Below the pieces are notes generated by a model, which was not told the origin of the DNA, did no database searches, and saw only the letters and a program-made list of their open reading frames with translations. Positions 18,001-28,077 of a stretch of 63,437 bases of DNA are shown in pieces. Origin of the DNA: an uncultured virus (IMG/VR IMGVR_UViG_3300029319_000008) (Duplodnaviria > Heunggongvirae > Uroviricota > Caudoviricetes). How positions within the stretch are numbered: position 1 is the first letter of the stretch; every line of letters starts with the position of its first letter. Both the position numbers and the translations under genes were made by a program. The stretch lies in the IMG/VR virus record IMGVR_UViG_3300029319_000008; one strand, 5' to 3'.

Positions 18001-18368
18001 AAATCATCTGTAGTAACATTTGTTCCTTTATCATTAGGAACATATTGATATCTTACAGCACCACCAGAGACAGCACCAAATGCTTCTAAATTACCTCTAG
18101 TTGTATTATCATAACCAGATGATAATGAAATTAAATTAGAATATTGAGCAGTATCTGATTTTAATCTATCAATATATTTCGTTAAATTAACATCGAGACC
18201 AGATACCTGTTGTAATTCTGATCGTGAGACAGTAGGAGAGATACCTTGAATCGTTTCAAGATCTCTAATATCTAATCCAAGATTATTAAGGGCGGTGCTT
18301 TTAGATTCAATATCAGCAAAATTAGATGATACTTTTAAACCAAAAAGAACTGGATTATTAATAGTCAT
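15060..18368 (-). CDS. Leucine-rich-repeat virion protein
   Basis: 1102 aa; LxxLxLxxNxL repeats (LYRVDLRNNKFKGTI, LNYFYAANNQIQGAVP, LRSLDLSNNLL). Confidence 0.75.
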   Translation of the reverse strand: MTINNPVLFGLKVSSNFADIESKSTALNNLGLDIRDLETIQGISPTVSRSELQQVSGLDVNLTKYIDRLKSDTAQYSNLISLSSGYDNTTRGNLEAFGAVSGGAVRYQYVPNDKGTNVTTDDLKYGDISTSRVSAWSGGSEANPTEAISYGASVQVRGSLKLGQDVSYSVPANEAILKVLDNPEPVRFNTEVPTEILKININGQDGYVYAMKGIPQIFTIAFKRLTMTFGHDPYTVDGVDLKPIYTFTDTDNGNEVVSKPNVSSGNSTIRFNSSQFKEREMRVYYPPKFIKTLTANNCNIGVFPNVKYPNITNITMVNNILSAIPDFKTISYEPTYNADKTEITAYSSVLRTINMQNNRFYLDSDEDQRFLGSHTMKRLPTSTYTINFRGCYNQHSEFKDANDFLVLKATSTEYNLVRLDPENKQTFTFEIGDEPSVDIKGIYFDKYTYSPTEGSPIYYVYIEDPSRVGTTDTLETINNYQNQVEVLDLFTRTPRLKSFNIQNLGNRRIYKTGSSKYVNVYSNPKDLYGYVDGVEITPRVNLNELEYFNIYDCYFTKLNPIWEQPQALGGLLSDSPLTTFQVGENEALTSGGIDFTLMTSINSISIYDTSLPIPSGLANKTTLSSLNCQYTRFPDRGGVADHLAPGGLPEAQDNDLWNGPNPTALSDYALSGCTSLRHLRFYAAKLDGMIPKFIGNTQLRSIDFRNTTVEGGRPGGSGAVFNGGEHGRRYIMWDDTFQDAQRVNSIRIFSNNLGRNIGTWNGSGYEGAEFQDGTFSLPSLSYLLIDTNGNYLNGSFFSTSGAPALRELHSNGVGWGEAFTDGTPFPSFAGNTNLYRVDLRNNKFKGTISLNNLNRLRFFYASQNIISAIGSLNNLNRLNYFYAANNQIQGAVPDFSAAAPNLQFCGLNNNQINAYTNGSLRTMTRLRSLDLSNNLLNESNIDNILNDLLINYNNARRSGVTINLGGTGNSPPSAITVTTPTSSTSKTGEEIITVNQDPLSPTGTFNLQTLIISNATTGNPPNTTVNFAKLYIDGSEVILPSAFVQLDYANDQVEFQPGFEPTTGTQIKVEQYQTVNGEISTTTGGITVKTELNAKGWTVITN

Positions 18369-18369
18369 T

Positions 18370-21300
18370 TTACAATTGCTCTACGTATGTGATGTTAATG
18401 TCAATATCTACAGCAGTATTACCGATTGCTCTTCCAACAACAAACATTGCTTCAGTGTTAACTACATCTGGGGTAAGAACCTTTCTATCAAATCCAAATA
18501 CATCTTCTAAATCAAAATACTTGGTCTCATTATTAATATATAGGGTTGTTTGGCGACCTCCTGGTCTAAGAATAGATTCTCCTTGAGTATCAATATTTGC
18601 AGAGGATAATCTACTTACTTGTTGAAATGCTGCTGGAACAACATCATCATCTGGAATGTTAGATTGTTGAATACTATCTCCCACACCATTTACATTTAAT
18701 TGACCTGTTTCTAATGTCGCTGGTAATCCATATGTAGTTCTATCAACACCATTAACATCACCTGTTTCTTTATCAATCACTTCATTAAAATTTCTTTTCC
18801 ATCTTGGATTTTGAGTTGATAAATTATCTAACTCATCAATATCATGTAATTCTGCTGCTCTAATAAATGCACCATCCCTCATTTTAAAAAACGCATATAG
18901 TGGAAATGCATCAAAATCAAATACTGCTTGATTATTACCTCCACCAGTATAAGATGCAGGAGTATTATATCTACCCTCCTGAGTATTATTAACATCATCA
19001 CCAGAGAACCACGCTACCAAATTTACACCATTATATGCAATATTAAATTCAGTTGGATCTGGAATAATACTATTTCCATTAGTATCTCTAGCGTCTCCAA
19101 TGTTTATCTCTGTAGTTAAATCATTATCTTTAATTGGAATAATATTAAATGTTGTTGTTTCTTGTACTCCACCTTGTCCAGTAGTTGTTACTTGATATGT
19201 TTTTTCTGGTCCAGAAAATCTAGCAATCTGTGGTGGATTTGCATCACCACTAGGACCGTAAAAGAATTTAATATATGATAATGTATTTTCTGGATTGACT
19301 GCAATTTGTCCACCAGTAGGATCACCAGATCCTTGATAAATTTTTGGTGGTGTTGTAGTACCAGAACCTGATTTTCTTAAAAAATATTGAGAAGAACCTT
19401 TATAATCATTCATGGCAGTAATTCTTTCCTGAGTTGTAGATCCCTCAAAAGAACCAGTTACAAAGTCATTAATACCAACACTACTTAAAACACTTGAGTC
19501 AATCATTTCTACGGTTGAAGTTACAGTGTCTTGTTTAAGTAATCTTGCTTGAGCACATGTACCAGATGTTGTTCCTTCTGGTTGAGGAATTCTAAAATCT
19601 TCAGTAAATGGTTTAATTCTACCATACCAATTTTCACCAGATTCAAATCCAGTATATGTAAAAGTTGTAGCGTATGGATGATAATCTAAAGAAACTGTCT
19701 TATCATCAGGAAGAAATGTTGTAAGTTTAGGAGGTGCAGTTTCATATTGACCTGATTCTTCATTAGGTTCATAACAAGGTACAACATATGGGTCTCCAGA
19801 AGGTGACACCCACTGTTCTAATTCACCCGTTGCTTGATTAAATTCAGGTCTATATGGAGTAAATCCAACTTCCCATTCTCTAGTATTACCAGTGCCATCT
19901 TGAGAATAATTTTGCAACCATTTAATAACTCCTGTAGGTCCAGATAATGGTTGAGGACTTGCAATTATAGTGCTTTTTGCATCCATTTTAACATCAAATG
20001 TTGCATTTGGATTTGCTGTTAGATCTTCAAAAAAATATGCTGGAACAACTCCACCACCACCAACTGGGTTTGTAGATTCTACAATTCTAGAAGGATCTAA
20101 CCTTCTTTCTTCATCTAAATCCCATCTTTTAGCATTAACATAACCAAGAATATTTGCTGTGGTAGGAAGTCCTAAACCAACTACACTTGTAGGATCTCCA
20201 ATATCACCAATATATGTGTTCCATAATTTAGTAGCGATAACCTTAGTTTTATAATCACTACAATATAAATTAAATAATTCTTTATATGTTTTAGTTAAAA
20301 CAAAACATGGTTGTACTGTAATAGTTTCACCAACAATATTAGGATCAGGAGTATTTAAAAGTGTTTGATTTGCACCACTAATAACTTTAAAACTATATGT
20401 ATCTACTCCTAATAATGTAAATTGTAATCCAGATCCCTGCCCACCAGTATTAGCATTATCTACTGATAAAACATCACCTATACTATAATTTTGTCCTTTA
20501 ACTGTTGGTACTACTGATTCAATGACACCTGAAGCATCTACAACAATATCTGCAGTAATAAATTCTCCATTTCCAGTTGTTGTCAATGGTACATCAGTGT
20601 AAGTCGCAGATGCAGGATATCCACTACCACCACTGGTTAATGTACCAGTTTGACCTCTATACTTTAAATCTACCATATGTCCATTACCAAGCAAAGTAAT
20701 CTGATCATCATTTGGATCTAAAATATCTTGTATAAAGTCACCATTTCTTAAATAACTAATATTACTTGATGATGTAAGAAGTTGATAACCTTCAACATTT
20801 AAAATAGTAATATTATCAATAGGTGCTAAAGTTAACGACGTTGCTGTTGCTGATTTATCTAATTTCTTTAATTTTCTAGTAGGATTATGATTGCCATTAT
20901 TAACATTTGGCATGTAGAGATATGAAGATCCTGTGCAAGCAGAACATCTAGTAAAGTTAATTTCTGCCATTGCATTAGTTTCACCAGGAGTTACTCCAGT
21001 GGCAGTAATTGACATTGATTTTGGTATAATAATTTTCTTATTAGGAACACTAATTGGATTTCCTTGAGCATCATTACCACCACTAACAATATTTGTCTTA
21101 GGATATATACCAAAAATTGACACATAATTACCACCACCCACTTGGAATGGTAAGTTTTTAGTGTCAGATGTTCTAGAAAATACATTAACTGTTCCTTCAT
21201 CACCACCATCAATATACATGGAAGTACCATACTTATAAAGAATCTGTGGTTCATCAATACGTGGTGCCTGTTGTGAACCAATTCTCATTTCATATTTAAA

Positions 21301-23457
21301 CCTAAAGAACGGATCTCCCATAGATGGTTCTAAAAGTTTATTTTCAATAACAAATGTGTGAACAACAACCCAACGTGCTTTACCATTCTCAACAGGAATA
21401 TATGCATACATTCTTAAACCAATAGCACCATACCAACCAAATTCAATTTTATACATGGTAATTTCATCTGTAGTCAACAGATATCCACTAGGACCATTAC
21501 CATTTAAACTATCACCATTAAATTTTTCTCTTGGAAGTGTAATTTCTTGAACTGAATATTGTTCACCTGCAATATCTTTAGGATAATATTTTACTAGATC
21601 AGTATTATCTACACCATCACCATCAGCAACACCTAGTTCTTGTCTTACGCTTAATGGTAAATGAACAGTAGATCTTCTAACAATAAAAAAGTTAGCACCA
21701 TCTCTTCTGAATACATATTCATCAAAATCATTAAATATTCCCCACTCTGCATAGTTACCTGCAGTTTCTTTGGTCATAGTTGCTCTAGTACCAAAAGTAT
21801 ATCCACTAATACGACCTGGTTGATATCTAAATGCTTGTCTGGACTGTAGTAATGCAAATTGTCCGCCAACACGACTATATCCTGGAACAAAATCTAATGA
21901 CGTAGGAACACCACTCTCTTCTGCAGAAATCCATGGTCTGTTTAACCATGTTTCTTGAAATGGATTAGTAAAAGTTGCAGGAGTTACTGGATCACCATTT
22001 TCATCTACACCATTATTTCCCTCTCCAGTAATAGAACCAGCATTTGGAGTGGTGTCAGTTCCAGTTCCTCTTAATTGTAATTGATTATTATTTAAAAACT
22101 CAAAATTAACTTTTGTATTTGTTACTGGATCAAAAAGTGTACCAGCATTTATAAAATTCCATGTCTCAGTCCAAATAGAAATTTGTCTATAATATGTTGT
22201 TGTACTACCACCATAAAATTGATTACCATAAAATGATTCGTCATCCCAAATATTAATTGCTGGTAAAAATCTTGATAAAAATGTATTATACTTTTCTATA
22301 TCGTCTGCTGCTGTTGCTGCATCTCTAAAACCTTTATAATATTCATATAGAGTTTTTCCTAATGCTAACCAATTTTGCCATTTATTCCATCTAGTTTGAT
22401 TAAACAATCCTATAGTGTCATCACCATTTGAATTTAATGACCTAGTTAAAGGTGGATATGGATAAGTATATGGTACTGGAAAAGAACTAATTCTTAATGC
22501 ACCTTCATTTTCAACTTCTTCTACTCGTGACTGATAGTGTCTACCCTCTCTTTCTGTTTCTCTTTGAGTCCAAACTGTAGGACCAATACTTAAATTATCA
22601 GTATAATATACAAACTCATCTGGATTAAATCCATAGGTAGATACATTAGAAAACAGTCCTAATTGTGTCTCAGCACGATCAATGCCAAGTAAAGTAGAAC
22701 TAACTTCTGATGTTGATGCAAATACCTCTGCAATTTTAACAGTACCAACCCTAGTCAGTACTAACTTCTTTCTAACTAATGATACAGGTCTAGGATCTTT
22801 AATCTCATTTCCATTAGAGTCAATAGTATCTCTAATTTCATTAAGTGGATTTTTCTGAAATATAAATCTTACAACAACGTTTCCATTAGTGTCAACGGTA
22901 TCTGTAATTTGATTAATAACAAATTCTTCAAACTCACGACCATCAATAACTCCATCACGAATAATATCTGCACCACTAGCAACCTGAAGAATATCTCCCT
23001 CGCTAATATATTTAAACCCTCCATCTGGGTTAATAACTTCAACATATGGAGGAATATCTCCACCAGTTTCTGGGTCAGCACCTATTTGGCGTCTTCTTAC
23101 ATCAAACTTATCACCAAATAATGTAAACTCAAGAACTTGCTGTTCTTCAGGAGCTGTAGGCAGCACAATTCCTAACGCCTTTTCAGACGTTAGTTCACTT
23201 GTGACAAATCCATCAATAAGAGATACTAAAGGTTCTCCAGAACTATCTGTAAGAGGTGTACCTTCTACATCTTGAAGAATTATATACAATTCTTGCTGTG
23301 CTGCAGATCTAAATTTATATCCAATTTTAGTGTCAAAAGAACTACCAGTTAATACTGTTACATCTAATGGGTTTTCTGGACTGTAAAATTGATTTAGAAT
23401 CTCATTTCCGTTGTCATCATATACTTTGCCAAATGAAGGAGTTGAGGTAACTGCCAT
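18370..23457 (-). CDS. Large virion structural protein (FRYQPGR family), paralog A
   Basis: 1695 aa; SRQAFRYQPGRIS, TMYKIEFGWYGAIG, KYGTSMYIDGGD. Confidence 0.75.
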   Translation of the reverse strand: MAVTSTPSFGKVYDDNGNEILNQFYSPENPLDVTVLTGSSFDTKIGYKFRSAAQQELYIILQDVEGTPLTDSSGEPLVSLIDGFVTSELTSEKALGIVLPTAPEEQQVLEFTLFGDKFDVRRRQIGADPETGGDIPPYVEVINPDGGFKYISEGDILQVASGADIIRDGVIDGREFEEFVINQITDTVDTNGNVVVRFIFQKNPLNEIRDTIDSNGNEIKDPRPVSLVRKKLVLTRVGTVKIAEVFASTSEVSSTLLGIDRAETQLGLFSNVSTYGFNPDEFVYYTDNLSIGPTVWTQRETEREGRHYQSRVEEVENEGALRISSFPVPYTYPYPPLTRSLNSNGDDTIGLFNQTRWNKWQNWLALGKTLYEYYKGFRDAATAADDIEKYNTFLSRFLPAINIWDDESFYGNQFYGGSTTTYYRQISIWTETWNFINAGTLFDPVTNTKVNFEFLNNNQLQLRGTGTDTTPNAGSITGEGNNGVDENGDPVTPATFTNPFQETWLNRPWISAEESGVPTSLDFVPGYSRVGGQFALLQSRQAFRYQPGRISGYTFGTRATMTKETAGNYAEWGIFNDFDEYVFRRDGANFFIVRRSTVHLPLSVRQELGVADGDGVDNTDLVKYYPKDIAGEQYSVQEITLPREKFNGDSLNGNGPSGYLLTTDEITMYKIEFGWYGAIGLRMYAYIPVENGKARWVVVHTFVIENKLLEPSMGDPFFRFKYEMRIGSQQAPRIDEPQILYKYGTSMYIDGGDEGTVNVFSRTSDTKNLPFQVGGGNYVSIFGIYPKTNIVSGGNDAQGNPISVPNKKIIIPKSMSITATGVTPGETNAMAEINFTRCSACTGSSYLYMPNVNNGNHNPTRKLKKLDKSATATSLTLAPIDNITILNVEGYQLLTSSSNISYLRNGDFIQDILDPNDDQITLLGNGHMVDLKYRGQTGTLTSGGSGYPASATYTDVPLTTTGNGEFITADIVVDASGVIESVVPTVKGQNYSIGDVLSVDNANTGGQGSGLQFTLLGVDTYSFKVISGANQTLLNTPDPNIVGETITVQPCFVLTKTYKELFNLYCSDYKTKVIATKLWNTYIGDIGDPTSVVGLGLPTTANILGYVNAKRWDLDEERRLDPSRIVESTNPVGGGGVVPAYFFEDLTANPNATFDVKMDAKSTIIASPQPLSGPTGVIKWLQNYSQDGTGNTREWEVGFTPYRPEFNQATGELEQWVSPSGDPYVVPCYEPNEESGQYETAPPKLTTFLPDDKTVSLDYHPYATTFTYTGFESGENWYGRIKPFTEDFRIPQPEGTTSGTCAQARLLKQDTVTSTVEMIDSSVLSSVGINDFVTGSFEGSTTQERITAMNDYKGSSQYFLRKSGSGTTTPPKIYQGSGDPTGGQIAVNPENTLSYIKFFYGPSGDANPPQIARFSGPEKTYQVTTTGQGGVQETTTFNIIPIKDNDLTTEINIGDARDTNGNSIIPDPTEFNIAYNGVNLVAWFSGDDVNNTQEGRYNTPASYTGGGNNQAVFDFDAFPLYAFFKMRDGAFIRAAELHDIDELDNLSTQNPRWKRNFNEVIDKETGDVNGVDRTTYGLPATLETGQLNVNGVGDSIQQSNIPDDDVVPAAFQQVSRLSSANIDTQGESILRPGGRQTTLYINNETKYFDLEDVFGFDRKVLTPDVVNTEAMFVVGRAIGNTAVDIDINITYVEQL

Positions 23458-23460
23458 TTA

Positions 23461-26400
23461 TTATTGTTCCTCCCACGTAATTGCAGCGTTAATTTCTGTT
23501 TCAGGAGCACTGGAACTATACAATCTATTTACACTACCAGTAATAAAAAGATTTTCAATTTCATCTGTTAATGGGAATGATAGATAGTCCTTGTTATAGT
23601 CAAAGAACTGCTGTAACGGAAACTGTTCGCCACTATTAGATGGAGTGAACAATGTTGTAATAGTTTGACCTGTACCTGGAATTGGTGTTCTCTGTTCATC
23701 AGAGACAGCAATTGCAGATAATGAAGTAAGAGGATCTGATGTTGGGTTTACAACACTTCCATCAAGACCATTCGGTGCAGGGTTTGGTTCTCTGAACTCA
23801 CCTGCTCTTAAGAAGTCACCATAGATAACAATGTTTGCACTATATTTCTGATAAGTGTTGAACAAGTATGTACCACTTGCATTTCTTTGAAGTAATCCAA
23901 ACACTGTAAATATATTTCCGTTATCCCCTTCATAGTAAGCACGGAAATAACCATATGTAGAGGTTAGATTCTCAAGATATGGTTTAGATGTTGCAGGAAT
24001 TTGAGCACCAGCAAGTTCAGTTGCTCTACCAATAGAACCTACAGTGAGTCCATTACCATTAGTATAAAGTGTTTGAAAATCACCATCAGCACCACCAGTT
24101 CCAGCATTACTATCTGGAACAGTAGCATCTTTAGTTTGGAATACAGGAGTTTTAATTAATTTAATTGTAGCAGGTTGGTTAGAGTTACCAATAGATAATC
24201 TAGTAGGATATACCTGAATTCTATTTCTAACACCATTAACTTTATCTCTACAATTAAGACCAACTAAAATATTAGGACGATCAAGAACTAAGAAGAAATC
24301 TCCAGATTGAGCAGCAGATATTGGTTTACTTAAGTAAATTTTAGTTCCATTAACCCAAGATACTTTTACGTTAGGTTCTCTATTAGGAGTAATTACAGTA
24401 GCACCCATATAGAAAGTAGGATCAGTTACTGTAGGACCATTTGTGTTAGTTGCTCCAGCAAGTTGAAGGTATGGGAATGGATCACTAGTGTCTCCACCAT
24501 CACCTTCATTATTAACAGATTGAATATTAAATCTTAATCTAGAACCATATACATCAGATGAAACTGGTGTTGCATAGTTGAATAAACGAACTGTACCACG
24601 GTCACCACCGTCGATATAGTATGAAGCACCATACTTAACAAGGAACTCGGAGTAAGAATTAGAATAACCAATTGTGTTATCCGTTCTTCTATCATTTTTA
24701 TATCCATATGAGTACTCAGTTCCACCACCATATACGTAATAAGTAATAGGTAAAGTTGGATTACCTAGAGATGCAACCTTTAACTGGTTAGATGCTCTAA
24801 GATGGTGTACACGTACCCAACGTGCCTCTCCAGAGTCCAGAGGAACGTATGCAAGGAAGAGAGCACCAACAGCACCATACCATGAGAATTCAATCTTGTA
24901 CATGGTAACATTTTCAGGATTCAAATTCCAACTTGATGCAGAAACTAAATCACCACCTGTTGTAGGATCTGTAACCTTTTGACCTGGGAAGTTTTGTTCA
25001 CCTTGTGAATATACAACATCAGAGTAAAGAACTTCTGTTCCAAGTGCTGATGAACCCTCTGCAAGACCATGAACTTTTTCACCAGAGAATCTGGAACGAG
25101 GAACTCTATACTCATATACACTCCAATGTGCTGGTTTAACGTGATTGTATACCCATTCCTTCAATAGTTTTTTGTTAACATCATCAATGTCGTTCTTAAT
25201 TGATGTTGCATTTGCTGGTGTATTTAAAGAAATATTTGTGGTAATATAACCTACTTTATCAGCAATTGCAGTACCATAACTGTATCTGTATGGGAAGCAA
25301 CCATATGGATTTAAAGCAGTAACTACCTGAGGATCTGCTGCTTCAGTTGTTCCTCTATATGCAAACTCAGTAGTGTCAGGAAGAATAAATGGTGCAGGAG
25401 TTACAACGTATGGTGTGTTTTTCTTGAATGAAATACAATTAGCATCAGATCTTACAAATCTATGATCAGTAGTATTAGTAGAGGGTACGTTTGCAAGAAC
25501 CTGAACAGTAAAATTATCATTGTCTACAACAGTAACTGGAATCCATTTACCACTAACTGGATCAGGTGCTCTTGTATTTACAGTTGCATTACCACCTGGG
25601 TCATTTGTACCATCAAGATTTGGGTTGAATGATCTTGGATATCTATGCTCTTCACCATGAGCACCATTACCTACATCTAAACCACAAGTAAATACTAAAG
25701 AGTAATCATCAATTTTAATAAGATCTCCTGACTCTAAACCATGACCAGTAATGGTAATATTCATAATACCTGTAGTAGGATTATAGTAAATACCACCATC
25801 ACTACCATCACCAGTTCCTGGAGTTTGATCTGGAGTTAACTTAAATGAAACTCTAGAACCACTACTCATCTCAATTGGAGTAATCTGATCACTATTATAG
25901 ATTGTGGTAGCACCTAAAGTAAAGGTATTACTATCACCTGCTGCTGCCCTAGTTAATTTAATACGAGATCCTAAAACGTTAGAAACATAGTAAATACCAC
26001 CATCTACTAATGAATTATCAATAGTAGTACCACTACCAAAGGCATTAAATTCATCATTATCGGTTTGTTTTTTATTCTTATACAAATAAACTCCAGATCC
26101 TTTTCTTAGACCTAACGATGTACATCTACCAGTAAATTGTGTGTGAGTGTGTACAATTGTAGATGTTGTTAATGTAAATTGAAAAGTATTACTTGTGACG
26201 TTTTCAATTGGGAATGTATCCTCGTCATCTTTTGCAGGATAAATTTTTGGTTTTGGATTATATGAACAGTTAGTTTCAATACCAGAAAGATTAATTCTAT
26301 CACCAGCAACAACACTGTTTGTTGCACTTGTTGTAATAAATGCATATCCAAAATCAGCACTATTTTGGTCAACAATATAATCAAAATCCTGAATAGAATA

Positions 26401-28074
26401 TACATCACTTCCACTTTCAGGGATATTGTTATCAAGATATTGTTGAAGAGTTCCACCACTTGCATATGTGTTAGTTGAAGGATCGATTCCAGAAACTGCT
26501 TGTTTACCAATCTGTAGTTCAACAGTTCTAGCATCAATTCTTCTTCTTACATAGAAAACATCTGGATCAAATGCTTCTGGATATGATGTTTTACCAGATC
26601 CATTTAGAGTTACAGCAGCACCCATTCGTACTCGTGATCCCTCTAACATCCAAGTAATATCAGAAGCAAAAGTTACTGTAGCAACTCCTGATACACCATC
26701 ATATACCCATGTATCAATATTAACAGTGTTAGCAACGTTATCAGTAACTTTTTTTAATGTACCAGTGTTTGGATTATAATCAGTAGCAACATGGAATCCA
26801 TCAAATCCATTATAACCACCAGTACCAGGACTATCATAGAATGACTTACCTAAAAATACTTTTAAAACATTACCTGCTTTTGAATCTACTCTGAATAATG
26901 TCTGTGCATACTTGTTAGGATATAATTTAGCACCAGTATTACATGTAAGTAACACGTCTTTCAACGTAACGCTATCACCTTCTTTAAATCCATGGTCACT
27001 AGTTGTAGTTACTTGACATACACCAGTAGAATTGTTATATGAAAAATCTTTAATATGTTTTTCGTAAGGATTAAGAACAATTTCTTCATCATCTGTTCCA
27101 TCTTGATCACTGGTTGCATTACCACCTTGAGAACCAATATAAATTTCTCTTTTTTCTTTTAATAAAGATTGATCAAAAAGACCTGCATGAACGTTTAATA
27201 GACCATCACGAAGGATAATAGCATCACCGTGATAATAATAAAATTCACCAGGAACTTCCATATTTCCATAATCTTCATATTGTTTAACACCAAACTGTCT
27301 TGGATTATTATTATTAGTAGGATCAAAGAAGTAAGTTTCGCCTTTTTGTTGAATTAATGATTGAGTTCTTCTTACACAAGTAAAGTTATCACCACGTCCT
27401 TCATTAATACTTTCGTAGTAATACCCATCAAACTTATCGAATACACCATATTTCTTAACTGATGCATTTTGTACTTGACGGTTAACATCTGATAGTAAGT
27501 ATGTTTTACCATTGTCAGCAACAGCACCACCAGGATAGAATGATGTGCTTGCTGCAGTAGCAGTAGTATATGGAGCACGACCAAATTTAACACCAAACGT
27601 ACCAGCAGAAACACGACCTGGTTGATATCTAAAGAAACGTTTAGAAGTTAAAATAGAGTTTTCATTTGCTGGTGCTTCAATAAGAGCACCTGCTTCTGCA
27701 GGAACGTGACCGAGACCCCAGTCCTGAATACCTGGCATTTCAGTATATTCATTCGCTGTAGAAGACCCTGCTGGTCCTCCAGCAGGAAGAGAGATAGTTT
27801 GTTCAGGAACTGCAGTCCATTCTGATGGGTTAACATCATAAGTGTTAACGTCAGCAAATATACCTAAAGCAACTTCAGATCTTGGAATACCCAATAATGA
27901 TAGGGCAACTTCTGATTGTTGTTTATTCTGTTCCTCAACAGGGATTGCTTCCTGATCACTAGCGATAACGACAGGAATAGATTTCTCAGCAGGTTGTTGT
28001 CCAGTAGGAACTGGAGCAGTTCTACCGACAACTACGACGGCAGAGTTATTATTTACATTAGTATTGGTTGCCAT
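23461..28074 (-). CDS. Large virion structural protein (FRYQPGR family), paralog B, with repeated beta-domains
   Basis: 1537 aa; SKRFFRYQPGRVS, TMYKIEFSWYGAVG, KYGASYYIDGGD. Confidence 0.75.
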   Translation of the reverse strand: MATNTNVNNNSAVVVVGRTAPVPTGQQPAEKSIPVVIASDQEAIPVEEQNKQQSEVALSLLGIPRSEVALGIFADVNTYDVNPSEWTAVPEQTISLPAGGPAGSSTANEYTEMPGIQDWGLGHVPAEAGALIEAPANENSILTSKRFFRYQPGRVSAGTFGVKFGRAPYTTATAASTSFYPGGAVADNGKTYLLSDVNRQVQNASVKKYGVFDKFDGYYYESINEGRGDNFTCVRRTQSLIQQKGETYFFDPTNNNNPRQFGVKQYEDYGNMEVPGEFYYYHGDAIILRDGLLNVHAGLFDQSLLKEKREIYIGSQGGNATSDQDGTDDEEIVLNPYEKHIKDFSYNNSTGVCQVTTTSDHGFKEGDSVTLKDVLLTCNTGAKLYPNKYAQTLFRVDSKAGNVLKVFLGKSFYDSPGTGGYNGFDGFHVATDYNPNTGTLKKVTDNVANTVNIDTWVYDGVSGVATVTFASDITWMLEGSRVRMGAAVTLNGSGKTSYPEAFDPDVFYVRRRIDARTVELQIGKQAVSGIDPSTNTYASGGTLQQYLDNNIPESGSDVYSIQDFDYIVDQNSADFGYAFITTSATNSVVAGDRINLSGIETNCSYNPKPKIYPAKDDEDTFPIENVTSNTFQFTLTTSTIVHTHTQFTGRCTSLGLRKGSGVYLYKNKKQTDNDEFNAFGSGTTIDNSLVDGGIYYVSNVLGSRIKLTRAAAGDSNTFTLGATTIYNSDQITPIEMSSGSRVSFKLTPDQTPGTGDGSDGGIYYNPTTGIMNITITGHGLESGDLIKIDDYSLVFTCGLDVGNGAHGEEHRYPRSFNPNLDGTNDPGGNATVNTRAPDPVSGKWIPVTVVDNDNFTVQVLANVPSTNTTDHRFVRSDANCISFKKNTPYVVTPAPFILPDTTEFAYRGTTEAADPQVVTALNPYGCFPYRYSYGTAIADKVGYITTNISLNTPANATSIKNDIDDVNKKLLKEWVYNHVKPAHWSVYEYRVPRSRFSGEKVHGLAEGSSALGTEVLYSDVVYSQGEQNFPGQKVTDPTTGGDLVSASSWNLNPENVTMYKIEFSWYGAVGALFLAYVPLDSGEARWVRVHHLRASNQLKVASLGNPTLPITYYVYGGGTEYSYGYKNDRRTDNTIGYSNSYSEFLVKYGASYYIDGGDRGTVRLFNYATPVSSDVYGSRLRFNIQSVNNEGDGGDTSDPFPYLQLAGATNTNGPTVTDPTFYMGATVITPNREPNVKVSWVNGTKIYLSKPISAAQSGDFFLVLDRPNILVGLNCRDKVNGVRNRIQVYPTRLSIGNSNQPATIKLIKTPVFQTKDATVPDSNAGTGGADGDFQTLYTNGNGLTVGSIGRATELAGAQIPATSKPYLENLTSTYGYFRAYYEGDNGNIFTVFGLLQRNASGTYLFNTYQKYSANIVIYGDFLRAGEFREPNPAPNGLDGSVVNPTSDPLTSLSAIAVSDEQRTPIPGTGQTITTLFTPSNSGEQFPLQQFFDYNKDYLSFPLTDEIENLFITGSVNRLYSSSAPETEINAAITWEEQ

Positions 28075-28077
28075 GTT

